Assembly: GCA_963734495.1 (NCBI GenBank)
Contig: CAVTHK010000009.1
Span: forward strand, 288,001-352,000
Reading direction: 5' to 3'
Source: an uncultured Spirochaetota bacterium
GTDB lineage: Bacteria > Spirochaetota > Spirochaetia > SZUA-6 > CAVTHK01
Length of the DNA: 64,000 nt
Shown here: positions 22,504 to 35,436 of the stretch, in pieces
How positions within the stretch are numbered: position 1 is the first letter of the stretch
How the letters are laid out: each line of letters opens with the position of its first letter
The notes under the pieces: model-generated
Databases searched by the model: none
What the model saw: the letters and a program-made list of their open reading frames with translations, nothing else
What the model was told of the DNA's origin: nothing
Made by a program: the position numbers and the translations under genes

Positions 22504-22787
22504 TCACCACGAGACGGATGCGTCTCGTCACGAAAGACACGATTGATCGCCTGCCGGTATTGATCGGCAGCTTCGCTCGCGACATTTGCCGCCCGTATTG
22601 CCGTTGCGCGCGAGCCGCGGGAAGTAGCTGCTCGAGCCCTCCAGCCGGATGCGATGGCCGCAGTTCCACGACGTTGTCGCCGGGCAGGACGACCTGGCCA
22701 ACGATCGGGGCGGCGCGAGGGTGCCCACGGAGGTCGACCGGGTCCCGATTGTCCTCTCCGCTTGCAGGCGCGAAGCGCGTCGCTTCC

Positions 22788-23808
22788 CTATTCAACTTCA
22801 GCCCTCGTCACCACTTCGCGCAATCGGGCGATGTCTGCGGTGGGCGCACTGCCGAAGAAGCGTCTGTACTCCCTGCTGAACTGAGAGGCGCTCACGTAGC
22901 CGACCTGACGGCTTGCATTGCCCGCATCCATCATGCTGGACAGCATGAGTCGCCGCGCCTCCTGGAGCCGAAGTGCTTTTTGATACTGCAGCGGGCTCAT
23001 CGACGTGACCGCTTTGAAGTGCTGATGAAAGGTGGAAGCGCTCATGTTCGCGAGGTCGGCCAACCGTTCGACTTTCATCGGTTGTGAGAAGTTCGTGCGC
23101 AACCAGGAGATCGCTTTCGCAACGCCCCGTACGCCCGAATCGGCAATCCCTACCTGCGCTACCCGGACCCCGACCGAACTGCGAAGGAGCCGGATCAGGA
23201 TTTCGTCGATGACCAGGGGAGCGAGAACATCTGCATCGCCTGGCTCCGACATGAGCTCGACGAGCCTCGTTGCAGCGTTCAGGATATTCTCGTCCGCCTG
23301 CGTGACCGCTACTGCGCGGTTGTCGTGTACCGAAGGAATGCCGTGGGGAAACACCTTCAGGACGAGCGCTGCCACCCTGCTCGGGTCAAGATCGAACCCG
23401 CATGAGGCAGAGAAACGGCTCGGCGCGGCTTGCGCGCGTCACCTGCGAAGCGACCGGCACGTCGACCGAGAATACGATCATGCGTGAAGCATCGTACTCG
23501 TAGACCTCACGACCCACCATGACGCTCTTTGCCCCTTGCGCAACGATGCAGAATGCCGACTGTTGCACTCCGTGAATGAGCTCGGTGTTTGTCCGCGAAC
23601 GGCGAATCGCGTGGACGCCGGGAACGCGAAGCTGGAAGCGACCGTCGTGCGGCGCGTACGCGCCAATCAAACCTGCAAGCCTCGACAGGACGGGCTCCAG
23701 TGATGGTCCTGACGCCTCCGCTCCCTTCGATCGGCTGCTGGAAGCCTTGACGCGGGACTTCCTCCTCGACGAGTCCAGCGAAGACGACGTCACTGCAAAT
23801 GGCATCAT
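22788..23808 (-). CDS. AraC family transcriptional regulator, YqhC-like (frameshift near 23390)
   Basis: AraC_N-type segment [13 protein letters not shown]...YDAS plus C-terminal [34 protein letters not shown]...[18 protein letters not shown]. Confidence 0.9.
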
Positions 23809-24003
23809 GGCTTCCTCCCGCCTGCAGATTGCGCCATGTCAGGCGCACTGTCTTTGATGTGCCACACGGCCGCCTGCGGCGGCGGCCGCTCGGCGATGAG
23901 GGTCATGACCACGAACTGCAGTCCGATGAGAGCGCCAGCTGCCGCGCCGACCACTACGCAGAAGGGTTTCCCATCCGCCAAGCTCTCCAACGACGGGACT
24001 CAT
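23805..24003 (-). pseudogene. Remnant of a hypothetical membrane protein
   Basis: RBS GGAGG, then MSP...GW followed in a shifted frame by one TM segment VVGAAAGALIGLQFVVMTLIA and an abrupt end; looks truncated. Confidence 0.45.
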
Positions 24004-24064
24004 GTTCCGAGCCTCCTGTTCGCTCTCGCGGGCAGTGCACTGCTCGAGCGCTTCCTGTGACCGA

Positions 24065-25664
<1,600 letters not shown>

Positions 25665-25691
25665 CGTTCCGTCCTCTTTTCGATCGCCAGC

Positions 25692-26687
<996 letters not shown>

Positions 26688-27035
26688 TCAGCGGTGCTCA
26701 ATTTCGTCAGTCGCAAAACAAGCCGCGGCTCGCTCCCCAAGGCTCGCCCGGGCGGCGGTCCGATCGTCCAACCGGCCTCCCGTCCTGGCTGGGTTGCAGT
26801 GCAAGTATACGGAACTCCCCGGCCGACCATTTGCCTGATGCTGCGGATGTTTTGCCCAATTCCCCTGAGATTGCCCAGTGCACCCCTGCGCCCCCGAAGA
26901 AGGTACGCCTTTCGAGTTCCGCAGACACTCAAGGCAGCGTTCGTCTGCCAGGGGCCGAGATCAGGTGACAAACCAGGCAGCCTTCCGCGATGCTACGATA
27001 CGTCCGTTGGCACGGAGTCATCGACCGCCGGCCTG

Positions 27036-27773
27036 TCACCACCTCGCCATCATTTCACCCGCCTCGATTCGAAGGTCCAGAACGTTTTCGCGAGGCGCGA
27101 GCGGGCAGACCCATCGAGAGTTGTACGCGCAGGATGGATTGTAGGCAAAGTTGAAGTCCATGAGGATGCTCTCGGGCGCGGCGCCGAGATCCGCGCCTTT
27201 GACCGTGTCATAGAGGTAGCGACCGCCGCCGTAGGTTTCGCGCCCGCTCGTGAGGTCCTTGAAGGGGAGGAACAGGCCGCCGCCGTAGCCCTCGAGCCAG
27301 AAGAGCGTAAGGGTCATGGGGTCTCGTCGCCGTGGTTCGACTGCCGCCCGTCGCGCCTCGGAATCCGCGGGAGTCGTTGAGCCGCCGGCTTCGGGTCGGT
27401 CGAAGAGAGCGAGCGCGAACGGGCGGTAGGTCGACTTCCCTTCCGGCAGCTCGATGGTCATCAGGCGAGGGTCGTCGCGCTCCCCACGAACCGGCGAAGA
27501 GAGCCCGTCCCGATCGGCGTCGTCGAGAGGAGCTATGCGCGCCTGGATTCTCCACGCGGGGTTGTAGGCGAAGTAGGGTATTTGGTCGAAGCCTGCCTTC
27601 TGTCTGCTGTCGAGCGGCGATTGGGCGTGCGTAGCGAACAGCGCATTCCGTGTCGCGCGGTACTGCTCCCACGCCGCTCGAGGGTCCCGTGCCGACAAGT
27701 CCCGCGCCCTGGCGTACATCTCCGCGACGAGACGCCGCCACTCCGCGAGCTCGAGGACCTCACGGTGATTCAC
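27036..27773 (-). CDS. DUF1684 family protein
   Basis: LFATHAQSPL, LFLPFKDLTSGRETYGGGRYL, DFNFAYNPSCAYN...CPLAPREN. Confidence 0.9.
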   Translation of the reverse strand: MNHREVLELAEWRRLVAEMYARARDLSARDPRAAWEQYRATRNALFATHAQSPLDSRQKAGFDQIPYFAYNPAWRIQARIAPLDDADRDGLSSPVRGERDDPRLMTIELPEGKSTYRPFALALFDRPEAGGSTTPADSEARRAAVEPRRRDPMTLTLFWLEGYGGGLFLPFKDLTSGRETYGGGRYLYDTVKGADLGAAPESILMDFNFAYNPSCAYNSRWVCPLAPRENVLDLRIEAGEMMARW

Positions 27774-27834
27774 GTTGAAAGAGTCCCGCCGCTGAGCAGC
27801 GGCGCGATCGCGCGCTCATTCGAGCCTCCGCCCT

Positions 27835-28654
27835 TCAGCTCTCGAAACGCTTCCGCACGGCGCGCGCCTTCTGCATGAAAGCCTTGACCCTCTCCTGGTC
27901 CACGTCGTTCCAGATATAGCCGTCGCGCTTGAAGGTCGTCCCCACGATCGCGCCGTCGGCCGCGGCGAGCTGCTCTTCCACGTTCTCCAGCCGCACGCCG
28001 GTGTTGGCGAGCACGATGGTGTCCGGGACAGCCGCCTTGACGCGGCGCAGCACGTCGGCCGAGGCCTGCGCGCCCGCGATGATCCCGGACACGCAGAGAG
28101 CGTCGGGCCGGCCGTTGAAGACCGTGGAGCGGGCGATCTCCGCGGCGTCGCGCGCCGCGAGGTACGCGGCAGCCTCGGGCACGATGTTGAACAGCAGCCT
28201 CACGTCTCTCACCGCCGATGGCGTGCTGGTGGCGGACCACCTCGCCGCAGCTCGTGTTCCACAGGCCGAAGTCGCTCGCGTACACGCCCGTGAAGATCTC
28301 GCGCACGAACCGCGCGCCCACGGCCACCGCGAGGTCGAGCGAGGCCTTCGGGTCCCAGAGCACGTTCACGCCGTACGGCACGCGGAGGTCGTGCCTGAGC
28401 TCGCCGATGATGCGCGCCATGGCGGCCACCGTGATCGTGTCGACCTTTGTGAGGTACGGGAGGCTGAACTCGTTGGAGAACATCACCGCGTCCACGCCGC
28501 CGGCCTGCAGCGCGGCGAGGTCCTGCCTCGCCTTCTCCAGCACCCAGGACACGCCGCGGCTCCGATCGTACTGCGGGTCGCCGGGGAGGGCGCGGAGGTG
28601 GCACATGGCGATGATGGGCTTTGCGGTCCCGAAGAGCTCCGTAGTCCAGGACAT
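27835..28654 (-). CDS. BtpA/SgcQ family protein (frameshift near 28210)
   Basis: IIAMCHLRALPGDP, VDAVMFSNEFSLPY, PYGVNVLWD, ANTGV, ADGAIVGTTFKRDG. Confidence 0.9.
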
Positions 28655-28737
28655 GTCCGGCTCCTTGTCAAAACTGAAGGTCTGCGCCCGGCATTGTGCG
28701 CGGAGCGCGCGCGAGGGTCAAACCTGCTCGCGCGCGT

Positions 28738-28767
28738 TTGACAGCGGAGCGCGCCCGCTGCTATAGC
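28738..28767 (+). promoter_or_regulatory. sigma70-type leaderless promoter of the aminopeptidase
   Basis: TTGACA (28738-28743), 18 bp, TGC-TATAGC (28762-28767); ATG 5 nt downstream. Confidence 0.55.
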
Positions 28768-28772
28768 GGGGC

Positions 28773-29852
28773 ATGATCGATCCGCGCTGGGAGAGCCTTG
28801 CCGCCGTGCTTGTCGGCCACTCGACGGCCGTGCGGCCCGGCGACCGCGTGCTCATCACCATGATGGAGACCGGCTCCTACCCGCTGGCGCGCGCCGTCCA
28901 CGCGGCCGCGGTCAGGGCGGGAGGGCTGCCGCAGATCGAGTTCCAGTCCGCGGGGATCGAGCGCGACCTGCTCGCGCTCGGCAGCGACGAGCAGGCGGGC
29001 TGGGTCCCCGAGATGCAGCACAAGGGCATGGAGTGGGCCGACGTCTCCATCGGCCTCAGGGGCTCCGCCAACCCGCACGAGCTGGAGGATGTGCCCGCGG
29101 CGAGGATCGCCGCGCGCCGCCGCGCGCTCGGCGCCGTCTCCGCCCTGCGCACCGAGCGCACGCGGTGGGTGATCGTGCGGGTCCCGGGGCCGGCGCTCGC
29201 GCAGGCTGCCGGCATGAGCGCCGACAGCCTCGAGTCGCTCTTTTTCGCCGCGTGCCTCCGCGACTGGGCGGAGGAGAGGCGCCGCCTCGAGGCGGCCGCC
29301 GGTCTGTTTGCCGGAGCGCGCGAGGTGCGGATCGCCGGCCGCGGCACAGATCTGCGGCTCTCGATCGCGGGCCGCACGTGGATGATCGACGACGGCCGCA
29401 TCAACATGCCGGGCGGCGAGATCGCCACCTGCCCGGTCGAGGACGCGGTCGACGGCGAGATCGCCTTCGAGCAGCCCGCGGTCTTCGCCGGTCGCTCGAT
29501 CCCCGGCATCAGGCTGCGCTTCGAGCGCGGCCTCGCCGTGGAGGCGCGGGCGGACCGCCACGAGGACCTGCTGCGCAGCCTCCTGGACGTGGACGAGGGC
29601 GCGCGCCGCGTCGGCGAGCTGGGGATCGGGATGAACCCCGCGATCGATCGCTTCTGCGGCGACCTCTTCTACGACGAGAAGATCGCGGGCACGGCGCACA
29701 TCGCGCTCGGCCGCTCTTACGCCGAGTGCGGAGGCCGCAACCGTTCGTCGCTGCACTGGGACATCGTGAAGGACCTGCGGGCCGAAGGGGCGATCTACGC
29801 GGACGGCCGCAAAGTCTTCGAAGCGGGTCGGTTCCTCACCGCGCAGCCGTGA
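28773..29852 (+). CDS. Aminopeptidase, peptidase M29 family
   Basis: GTDLRL, NMPGGEI, VGELGIGMN, YDEKIAGTAHIALGRSY, SSLHWDIV. Confidence 0.93.
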   Translation: MIDPRWESLAAVLVGHSTAVRPGDRVLITMMETGSYPLARAVHAAAVRAGGLPQIEFQSAGIERDLLALGSDEQAGWVPEMQHKGMEWADVSIGLRGSANPHELEDVPAARIAARRRALGAVSALRTERTRWVIVRVPGPALAQAAGMSADSLESLFFAACLRDWAEERRRLEAAAGLFAGAREVRIAGRGTDLRLSIAGRTWMIDDGRINMPGGEIATCPVEDAVDGEIAFEQPAVFAGRSIPGIRLRFERGLAVEARADRHEDLLRSLLDVDEGARRVGELGIGMNPAIDRFCGDLFYDEKIAGTAHIALGRSYAECGGRNRSSLHWDIVKDLRAEGAIYADGRKVFEAGRFLTAQP

Positions 29853-29855
29853 CCT

Positions 29856-30620
29856 TCACAGCCGGACGGGCACTCCCCTGTCGTGCAGGTACTCCTTGAC
29901 CTCGCCGATCGTGAGGGTGCCGAAGTGGAACACCGACGCGCCCAGGACCGCGCGGGCGTGCCCCTCGGCCACGGCCTCGTAGAAGTGCTCGAGCGAGCCG
30001 GCGCCGCCGCTGGCGATCACGGGCAGGCCCGTGGCGTCCGCGATGGCGCGGGTGAGCTCGAGGTCGTAGCCCAGGCGCGTGCCGTCCGCCGTCTTGCTCG
30101 TCGGGAGGATCCTCCCGGCGCCGGCGTCGGCCATCTCGCGGGCGAACGCGACCGCGTCGGTGCCCGTGGCCGTGCGGCCCCCGTCGATGTAGACCTCGCG
30201 CCGCGAAGGGAGGCGCTCGTTGACGTCCGCGTCTATGGCCACGACGATGGTCTCGGGCCCGAAGCGGCGGGAAGCCTCGCGGACAAAGGCCTTGTCGCGG
30301 TAAGCCGCGCTGGAGATCGAGACGCGGCGCGCGCCGGAGGCGAGCGCCTGCTCGACGTCCGCGAGCGACCGGATGCCGCCGCCCACGGTCACGGGGACCT
30401 TGACGGCCGCGGTCACGCGCTTGAGGACGTCGAACATCGTGCGCCTCTTCTCTACAGTCGCCGTGATGTCGAGAAAAGCGAGCTCGTCGGCCCCGCCGTC
30501 TGAGTAGGCCTGCGCCGCCTCTACAGGGTCGGCGGCGTCGCGCAGCGCGACGAAGTGGACCCCTTTGACCACCCTGCCGTCTTTCATGTCGAGGCAGGGG
30601 ACGACTGCTACCGTGTCCAT
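29856..30620 (-). CDS. hisF: Imidazole glycerol phosphate synthase cyclase subunit
   Basis: VVPCLDMKDGRVVKG, GADELAFLDITA, TVGGGIRS, VVAIDA, DGTRLGYDL, PVIASGGAG, ASVFHFG. Confidence 0.93.
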   Translation of the reverse strand: MDTVAVVPCLDMKDGRVVKGVHFVALRDAADPVEAAQAYSDGGADELAFLDITATVEKRRTMFDVLKRVTAAVKVPVTVGGGIRSLADVEQALASGARRVSISSAAYRDKAFVREASRRFGPETIVVAIDADVNERLPSRREVYIDGGRTATGTDAVAFAREMADAGAGRILPTSKTADGTRLGYDLELTRAIADATGLPVIASGGAGSLEHFYEAVAEGHARAVLGASVFHFGTLTIGEVKEYLHDRGVPVRL

Positions 30621-30673
30621 GTCCGCAGCATGACGCGCCGCGTCGGGTCGGTCAACCGCGCCGCTGCGCGGCT

Positions 30674-31801
30674 TCATACCTTGATCTCAACGGCGATGCG
30701 GGGCATCCACGAAGAGATCTCGATGCTCTGCGGGCACTTCGGCTCGCACTCGCGGCACTCGATGCACGCCGAGGGCCTGCTCCCGGCCTCGATCTGCGCG
30801 AGCTGCTTTTTCGCCCGGCCCGGGTTGTTGTACACGACGCTGTCGTTGTAGATCCGGAACACTTTGGGGATGGCGACGCCGTTCGGGCAGGGCATGCAGT
30901 ACTCGCACTGCGTGCACGGGACGGGACGGATCTCGCGGTAGCGGTCGCGCACGCGGCCGACGAGCTCGAGCTCGCCCGCCGACAGCTTCTGCGACGAGTC
31001 CGCGAGGCGCAGGTTCTCTTCGACGTGCTCCATGGCGCTCATCCCGCTCAGGACGACGCTCACCTCGGGCTTGCTCCACACCCACGAGAGCGCCCACTCG
31101 ACCGGGCTCCTCTTCCGCTCCGCCGTGGCCCACAGGGACGCGACGGGGTCGGGGGGCGACGTGAGGTTCCCGCCCAGCAGCGGCTCCATCACGACGACGG
31201 CCAGCCCCTTGGCGTGCGCGTACTGCAGGCCCTTTGTCCCCGCCTGGTGCTCCTCGTCCATGTAGTTGTACTGGATCTGGCAGAAGGTCCACTTGTCCCA
31301 GTCGTCGATGATCCTGGGGAAGGTCTTGTACTCGTCGTGGAACGAGAAGCCGAGGCACCCGATGCGGCCCGACGCGATCGCGCGCTCGGCCCAGTCGAGG
31401 ATGCCGAGGCGCTGGCCCTTCTCCCAGCGGTCGGCCTTGAGCCCGTGGAGCAGGTAGCAGTCGATGTGGTCGGTCTGCAGCTTCTCGAGCTGCTCGTTGA
31501 GGATCAGGTCGAAGTCCGCCGCGCTCTCGATCTTCCACATGGGCATCTTGGTGGCGAGATGGACCTTGCGCCGCCACTCGCCCTTCAGCGCGCGGCCGAC
31601 GAAGCGCTCGCTCTCGCCCTTGTGGTAGCCGTAGGCCGTGTCGACGTAGTTGACCCCGGCGTCGATCGCGCTGTGCAGCATGCGCGTGGCCAGCGGCTCG
31701 TCGATGCGGCCGGGATCACCGCCGATGACAGGCAGCCGCATGCACCCGAAGCCCAGGATCGAAGCCTCGAAGCCGGCCTTGCCGAAAGCGCGGTAGCGCA
31801 T
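30674..31801 (-). CDS. Aldo/keto reductase with C-terminal 4Fe-4S domain
   Basis: LGFGCMRLP, VDTAYGYH, LATKMP, QIQYNY, MEPL, CTQCEYCMPCP and CIECRECEPKCP. Confidence 0.93.
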   Translation of the reverse strand: MRYRAFGKAGFEASILGFGCMRLPVIGGDPGRIDEPLATRMLHSAIDAGVNYVDTAYGYHKGESERFVGRALKGEWRRKVHLATKMPMWKIESAADFDLILNEQLEKLQTDHIDCYLLHGLKADRWEKGQRLGILDWAERAIASGRIGCLGFSFHDEYKTFPRIIDDWDKWTFCQIQYNYMDEEHQAGTKGLQYAHAKGLAVVVMEPLLGGNLTSPPDPVASLWATAERKRSPVEWALSWVWSKPEVSVVLSGMSAMEHVEENLRLADSSQKLSAGELELVGRVRDRYREIRPVPCTQCEYCMPCPNGVAIPKVFRIYNDSVVYNNPGRAKKQLAQIEAGSRPSACIECRECEPKCPQSIEISSWMPRIAVEIKV

Positions 31802-31885
31802 CACCCCTCCTTTGAGTCGACGCACGCTTTTTGGAATTGATGCGGATGTTAGCGGCCTGCGCCGGGCCCGTCAACCCGGCCGCCG

Positions 31886-33226
31886 TCAGAGCTTCTTGCG
31901 CTTCCAGCGGCCGGTGCGGAAGTAGGTGATGATGCCGGCGGCCTGGACCATCTCGCCCGCGGCGAGGCCGGCCCAGATGCCGTCGGTGCCCCAGAGGCTC
32001 GCGAAGAGCCAGGTGATCGGGACGCCGATGACTATGAGCGACCCGAACGTCACGATCATGGTCGCGATCGTGTCCCCCGCTCCGTCGATCGCGCGGCTGA
32101 GCACAATGGCGAACGCCATCATCACCAGGGCCGGGACGAAGAAGTACAGGTACCGCGTGCCGAGCGCGATCACCTCGGGGGCGTCGTTGAACATCCCGAT
32201 CACCAGGCTCGGGATCGAGAGGAACACGGCGCCCAGCACGGCCGCGATGATGCTGAAGAACCCGACCGAGATCCAGGCGCTGCGCTCGGCCCGCTCCGGT
32301 TGCCGTGCGCCGAGGTTCTGGCCCACGACTACGGCCGTGGCGTCGGCGAGGCTGAAGCCGAGCGTCATGCTGAAGATCCGCAGGCGCAGCCCGATCCCGA
32401 ACGCCGCGAGGGCGAACGTGCCGAAGGCGGACGCGATTCGCACGAGGAACAGCCGCGAGAGGTTCATGCTGAGCATCCGCACCGAGCTGAAGACGCCGAT
32501 GCTGATGGTCTTTCCCATGTAGTTGTGCCCGGGAGTCGGCAGGAGCCGCAGCCTGCGGCCGCGGTACAGCCTCCATCCGAGGATCGCCACGCCCACGCCC
32601 TGCGACAGCACCGTGGCCAGGGCGGCGCCCGCCGCGCCCATGCGCGGGAACGGGCCGATGCCGAAGATCAGCAGCGGGTCGCCGACCACGTTGACGATCG
32701 ACGCGATGCCCAGGGCCCACATCGGAGTGATCGCGTCGCCGAACCCGCGCGCCCCCGCGCTCATCGTCATCGTCATGAACATGGCGACCGACCCGACGGT
32801 CATCACGATCAGGTAGTCGCCTCCCGGGCCGACGACGTCGTCGCCGCCTCCGAGGAGGCGCAGGAGCGGCCGCGACAGCCCCCAGCCGAGGACGGCGACG
32901 ACCGCGGAGCACGCGAGCCCCAGGAGCAGGGACTGGCCGATCGCCCTCTCGGCCGACTCCTCCTCCTTCTGTCCCACGAAGCGCGAGACCAGCGCCACGG
33001 TCCCGGTGGAGATGCCCATCGAGAGCATGCGGATCAGGCCTACGACGACGCCGCCCATGGAGACGCCGGCGATGGCGCTCGGTCCGAGGCGGCCGACGAA
33101 GATCATGTCCACGATGTTGAAGAGGTCCTGGAAGGCCCCCGCGACCATCAATGGCAGCGCCAGGTGCCAGATGTTCGCGACCATCGGGCCCGTGGTCAGG
33201 TCGCGCCGAACGGCAACAGCTTGCAT
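31886..33226 (-). CDS. MATE family efflux transporter
   Basis: DLTTGP, LALPL, FNIVDMIFVGRLG, GAAGAALATVLSQ, VGQNLGA; about 12 TM segments. The ORF-track N-terminal extension is spurious. Confidence 0.92.
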   Translation of the reverse strand: MQAVAVRRDLTTGPMVANIWHLALPLMVAGAFQDLFNIVDMIFVGRLGPSAIAGVSMGGVVVGLIRMLSMGISTGTVALVSRFVGQKEEESAERAIGQSLLLGLACSAVVAVLGWGLSRPLLRLLGGGDDVVGPGGDYLIVMTVGSVAMFMTMTMSAGARGFGDAITPMWALGIASIVNVVGDPLLIFGIGPFPRMGAAGAALATVLSQGVGVAILGWRLYRGRRLRLLPTPGHNYMGKTISIGVFSSVRMLSMNLSRLFLVRIASAFGTFALAAFGIGLRLRIFSMTLGFSLADATAVVVGQNLGARQPERAERSAWISVGFFSIIAAVLGAVFLSIPSLVIGMFNDAPEVIALGTRYLYFFVPALVMMAFAIVLSRAIDGAGDTIATMIVTFGSLIVIGVPITWLFASLWGTDGIWAGLAAGEMVQAAGIITYFRTGRWKRKKL

Positions 33227-33231
33227 CAAAG

Positions 33232-34353
33232 CTACCAGTCCTCGACGCCTTCGTCGATCGGCCCGCGCGTCGCGAGCGACTCGATGCGGTCCCAGTCGGG
33301 CACGAGCCCGAGGCCCGGCCGCGAGTCGTCGAGGAGCACGCAGCCGTCCTCGATCTTCGGATGACCCGGGAAGAGCTCGTCGAAGGACCTCTGCGGGATG
33401 TACTCCTGCTTGTAGAGGTTCGCGAGCGTGGCGCCGACCTGGACCGAGGCCATCGTGGCGATCGGGCCGCTCGAGTTGTGCGGCGCCACGCGCACGTAGA
33501 AGGCCTCGGCCATGGCGGAGAGCTTCTTGGCCTCCATCAGGCCGGCGCAGTGCGTAAAGTCCGGCTGCGCTATGGAGAGCAGGCCCGCCTCGAAGACCCT
33601 GCGGAACCCGTAGCGCGTAAAGAGGCGCTCTCCGCCGGCCAGCGGCACGTTCGCCCTGCGGGAGAGCTTCTTCCAGCCGTTCCAGTCGTCGGGCGGCACC
33701 GGCTCCTCGACGAAGCCCGGCCTGTACGGCTCGCACGCCCGCAGGAACTCCAGGGCCTGGTCGTAGTGGAAGCGGGCATGGCACTCGACGAGAAGCTCCA
33801 CGTCCGGGCCCGCGGTCTCGCGGGCGCGGGCGAGCGCGTCCACGGCGGCGGCGACGCCGCCCTCGGGCACCTCGTTGCGCAGAGGACCTCCGCCCGCGCT
33901 CCACGGGATCGGGTCGGTCTTGAAGGCGCGGTACCCGGCCGCGACGTTCTGCGGGATCTTCGACCAGCCGTGAATGTAGAGGGGGACACGGTCGCGGAGA
34001 CGTCCGCCGAGAAGGTTGTAGACCGGGACGTCCAGGAGCTTGCCCGCGGCGTCGTACATCGCCGTCTCGACCGCGGCGAGCGCGCTGTTCATGATCACGC
34101 CGTTGCGCCACCGGTCGTGGGTGAAGTAGCGGTGGAAGAGCTCCTCGACATTGAACACCGAGAGGCCGCGCACGCGGGCCTCGAGCAGTCGCAGGGCCTC
34201 GACGATGGCGGGGGTCTTGACCCGCAGCGTCGCCTCGCCCAGGCCGAAGATGTCGCGGTCCTCGGTGTCCAGTCGCACGAAGAGGAAATGCCGGGTTTCT
34301 CCCGGCGGGACGACCGGGTAGATCCGGAGCCCCGTGATCGCCAGGTGCTTCAA
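33232..34353 (-). CDS. Mandelate racemase/enolase superfamily dehydratase (galactonate dehydratase-like)
   Basis: GLGEATL, ALAAVETAMYD, PVYNLLGG, FKTDP, VECHAR, FVEEP, GERL, QPDFTHCAG, APHNS. Confidence 0.88.
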   Translation of the reverse strand: MKHLAITGLRIYPVVPPGETRHFLFVRLDTEDRDIFGLGEATLRVKTPAIVEALRLLEARVRGLSVFNVEELFHRYFTHDRWRNGVIMNSALAAVETAMYDAAGKLLDVPVYNLLGGRLRDRVPLYIHGWSKIPQNVAAGYRAFKTDPIPWSAGGGPLRNEVPEGGVAAAVDALARARETAGPDVELLVECHARFHYDQALEFLRACEPYRPGFVEEPVPPDDWNGWKKLSRRANVPLAGGERLFTRYGFRRVFEAGLLSIAQPDFTHCAGLMEAKKLSAMAEAFYVRVAPHNSSGPIATMASVQVGATLANLYKQEYIPQRSFDELFPGHPKIEDGCVLLDDSRPGLGLVPDWDRIESLATRGPIDEGVEDW

Positions 34354-34360
34354 GCGAGCT

Positions 34361-34735
34361 CTACAGCGGCTTTTCCCGCTCGACCAGGTGGCCGAGGTTG
34401 CCCTCGGGGTCGACAAAGCGAAGGAGCTTCGACCCGGGGTTGCTCGCGATCTCGCCTTCGAACTTCACGCCCTTGGCGGCCAGGCGCGTTCGCTCGCCCT
34501 CGATGTCCTGCACGAGGATCGCGAGGTGGCGCCACCCGGGGGTGTTGTTGTCGAAGGGCCCGACCTCGCTCTTCGCCTTGTAGACCTCGATGGTGACGCC
34601 GTTCTGGCTCTGGATAAAGGTCGCGCCGCTCGCCGTCGTGAGCACGACCTTCATCCCGAAGGTGTCGCAGTACCAGCGCGAAAGCTTCGGCACGTCCCTC
34701 GCGACCAGGCCGAAGTGCTCGATTCCTTTGATCAT
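34361..34735 (-). CDS. VOC/glyoxalase family protein
   Basis: IEHFGL, IEVY, WRHLAILVQDI, FVDPEGN; promoter TTGACG-17-TAGCAT (34794-34766) and RBS AGGAGG. Confidence 0.9.
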   Translation of the reverse strand: MIKGIEHFGLVARDVPKLSRWYCDTFGMKVVLTTASGATFIQSQNGVTIEVYKAKSEVGPFDNNTPGWRHLAILVQDIEGERTRLAAKGVKFEGEIASNPGSKLLRFVDPEGNLGHLVEREKPL

Positions 34736-34795
34736 CCAGTCCTCCTGTTCTGCTTTGGCGGGAGCATGCTACGGACGCGGCGCCCGTCCGTCAAC

Positions 34796-35419
34796 TCAGT
34801 GGAACTGCAGCATCGCGAGGAGGGTCAGCAGCTCGCCGTCGTAGCGGGTCCAGCGGCTGTTGAGCGCGGAGGGCACCCAGATCGCCCTGACCAGGAACCC
34901 GACGTGCTCCGTGATCCGGACGCCGGCGCCCCCGAACATGCCGGTGCCGAGCGCGAAGAGGGAGTCCGCCACGCTCTGGTTGCTCGAGAGCCCGCCGCCC
35001 GCCTCGAAGAACAGCGACGGGGCCTGCTCCGAGGTGTAGAAGGCGAGCCCCGGCCCCACCATGATGTGGCTGTCGAGGAGGAACGCCGCCGGGATCAGCC
35101 ACGAGAGGAAGAAGGCTTTGAGAAGAAGGTTCTCGTCGTCCTGGAAGACCCATCGGGTGTAATCGACTCCCGTGTCGACGCCGTCGATGACGATGCCGCT
35201 GTACAGGAAGATCGCGCCGTGCTCCCCCAGCCGCATCCCCACGCGCGAATCGAAGCCGAACGAAGCGCGCGGCAGGCCGAGCCCGCCGTCGGGGTCGCCC
35301 CTGTACGTGCGGCCCAGGCCGATTCCGAGCTGCGCGAGCCCGCGCACCTGCGGCTCCTCGGACCAGGCCGGCGACAGCGCCGCGGCCGCGACGACCAGAG
35401 TGACGAGCAGGAAACGCAT
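34796..35419 (-). CDS. Hypothetical exported protein, possibly outer-membrane beta-barrel
   Basis: Signal peptide MRFLLVTLVVAAAALSPAWS; Gly/aromatic-rich beta-strand pattern; directly downstream of archease. Confidence 0.65.
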   Translation of the reverse strand: MRFLLVTLVVAAAALSPAWSEEPQVRGLAQLGIGLGRTYRGDPDGGLGLPRASFGFDSRVGMRLGEHGAIFLYSGIVIDGVDTGVDYTRWVFQDDENLLLKAFFLSWLIPAAFLLDSHIMVGPGLAFYTSEQAPSLFFEAGGGLSSNQSVADSLFALGTGMFGGAGVRITEHVGFLVRAIWVPSALNSRWTRYDGELLTLLAMLQFH

Positions 35420-35436
35420 CGAGAGACCCCCTTTTC

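Noticed and set aside
31886..34111. 741-aa MATE protein with a long N-terminal domain
   Set aside because: The extension is an alternative frame of the upstream enolase-family gene; the MATE gene starts at 33226.
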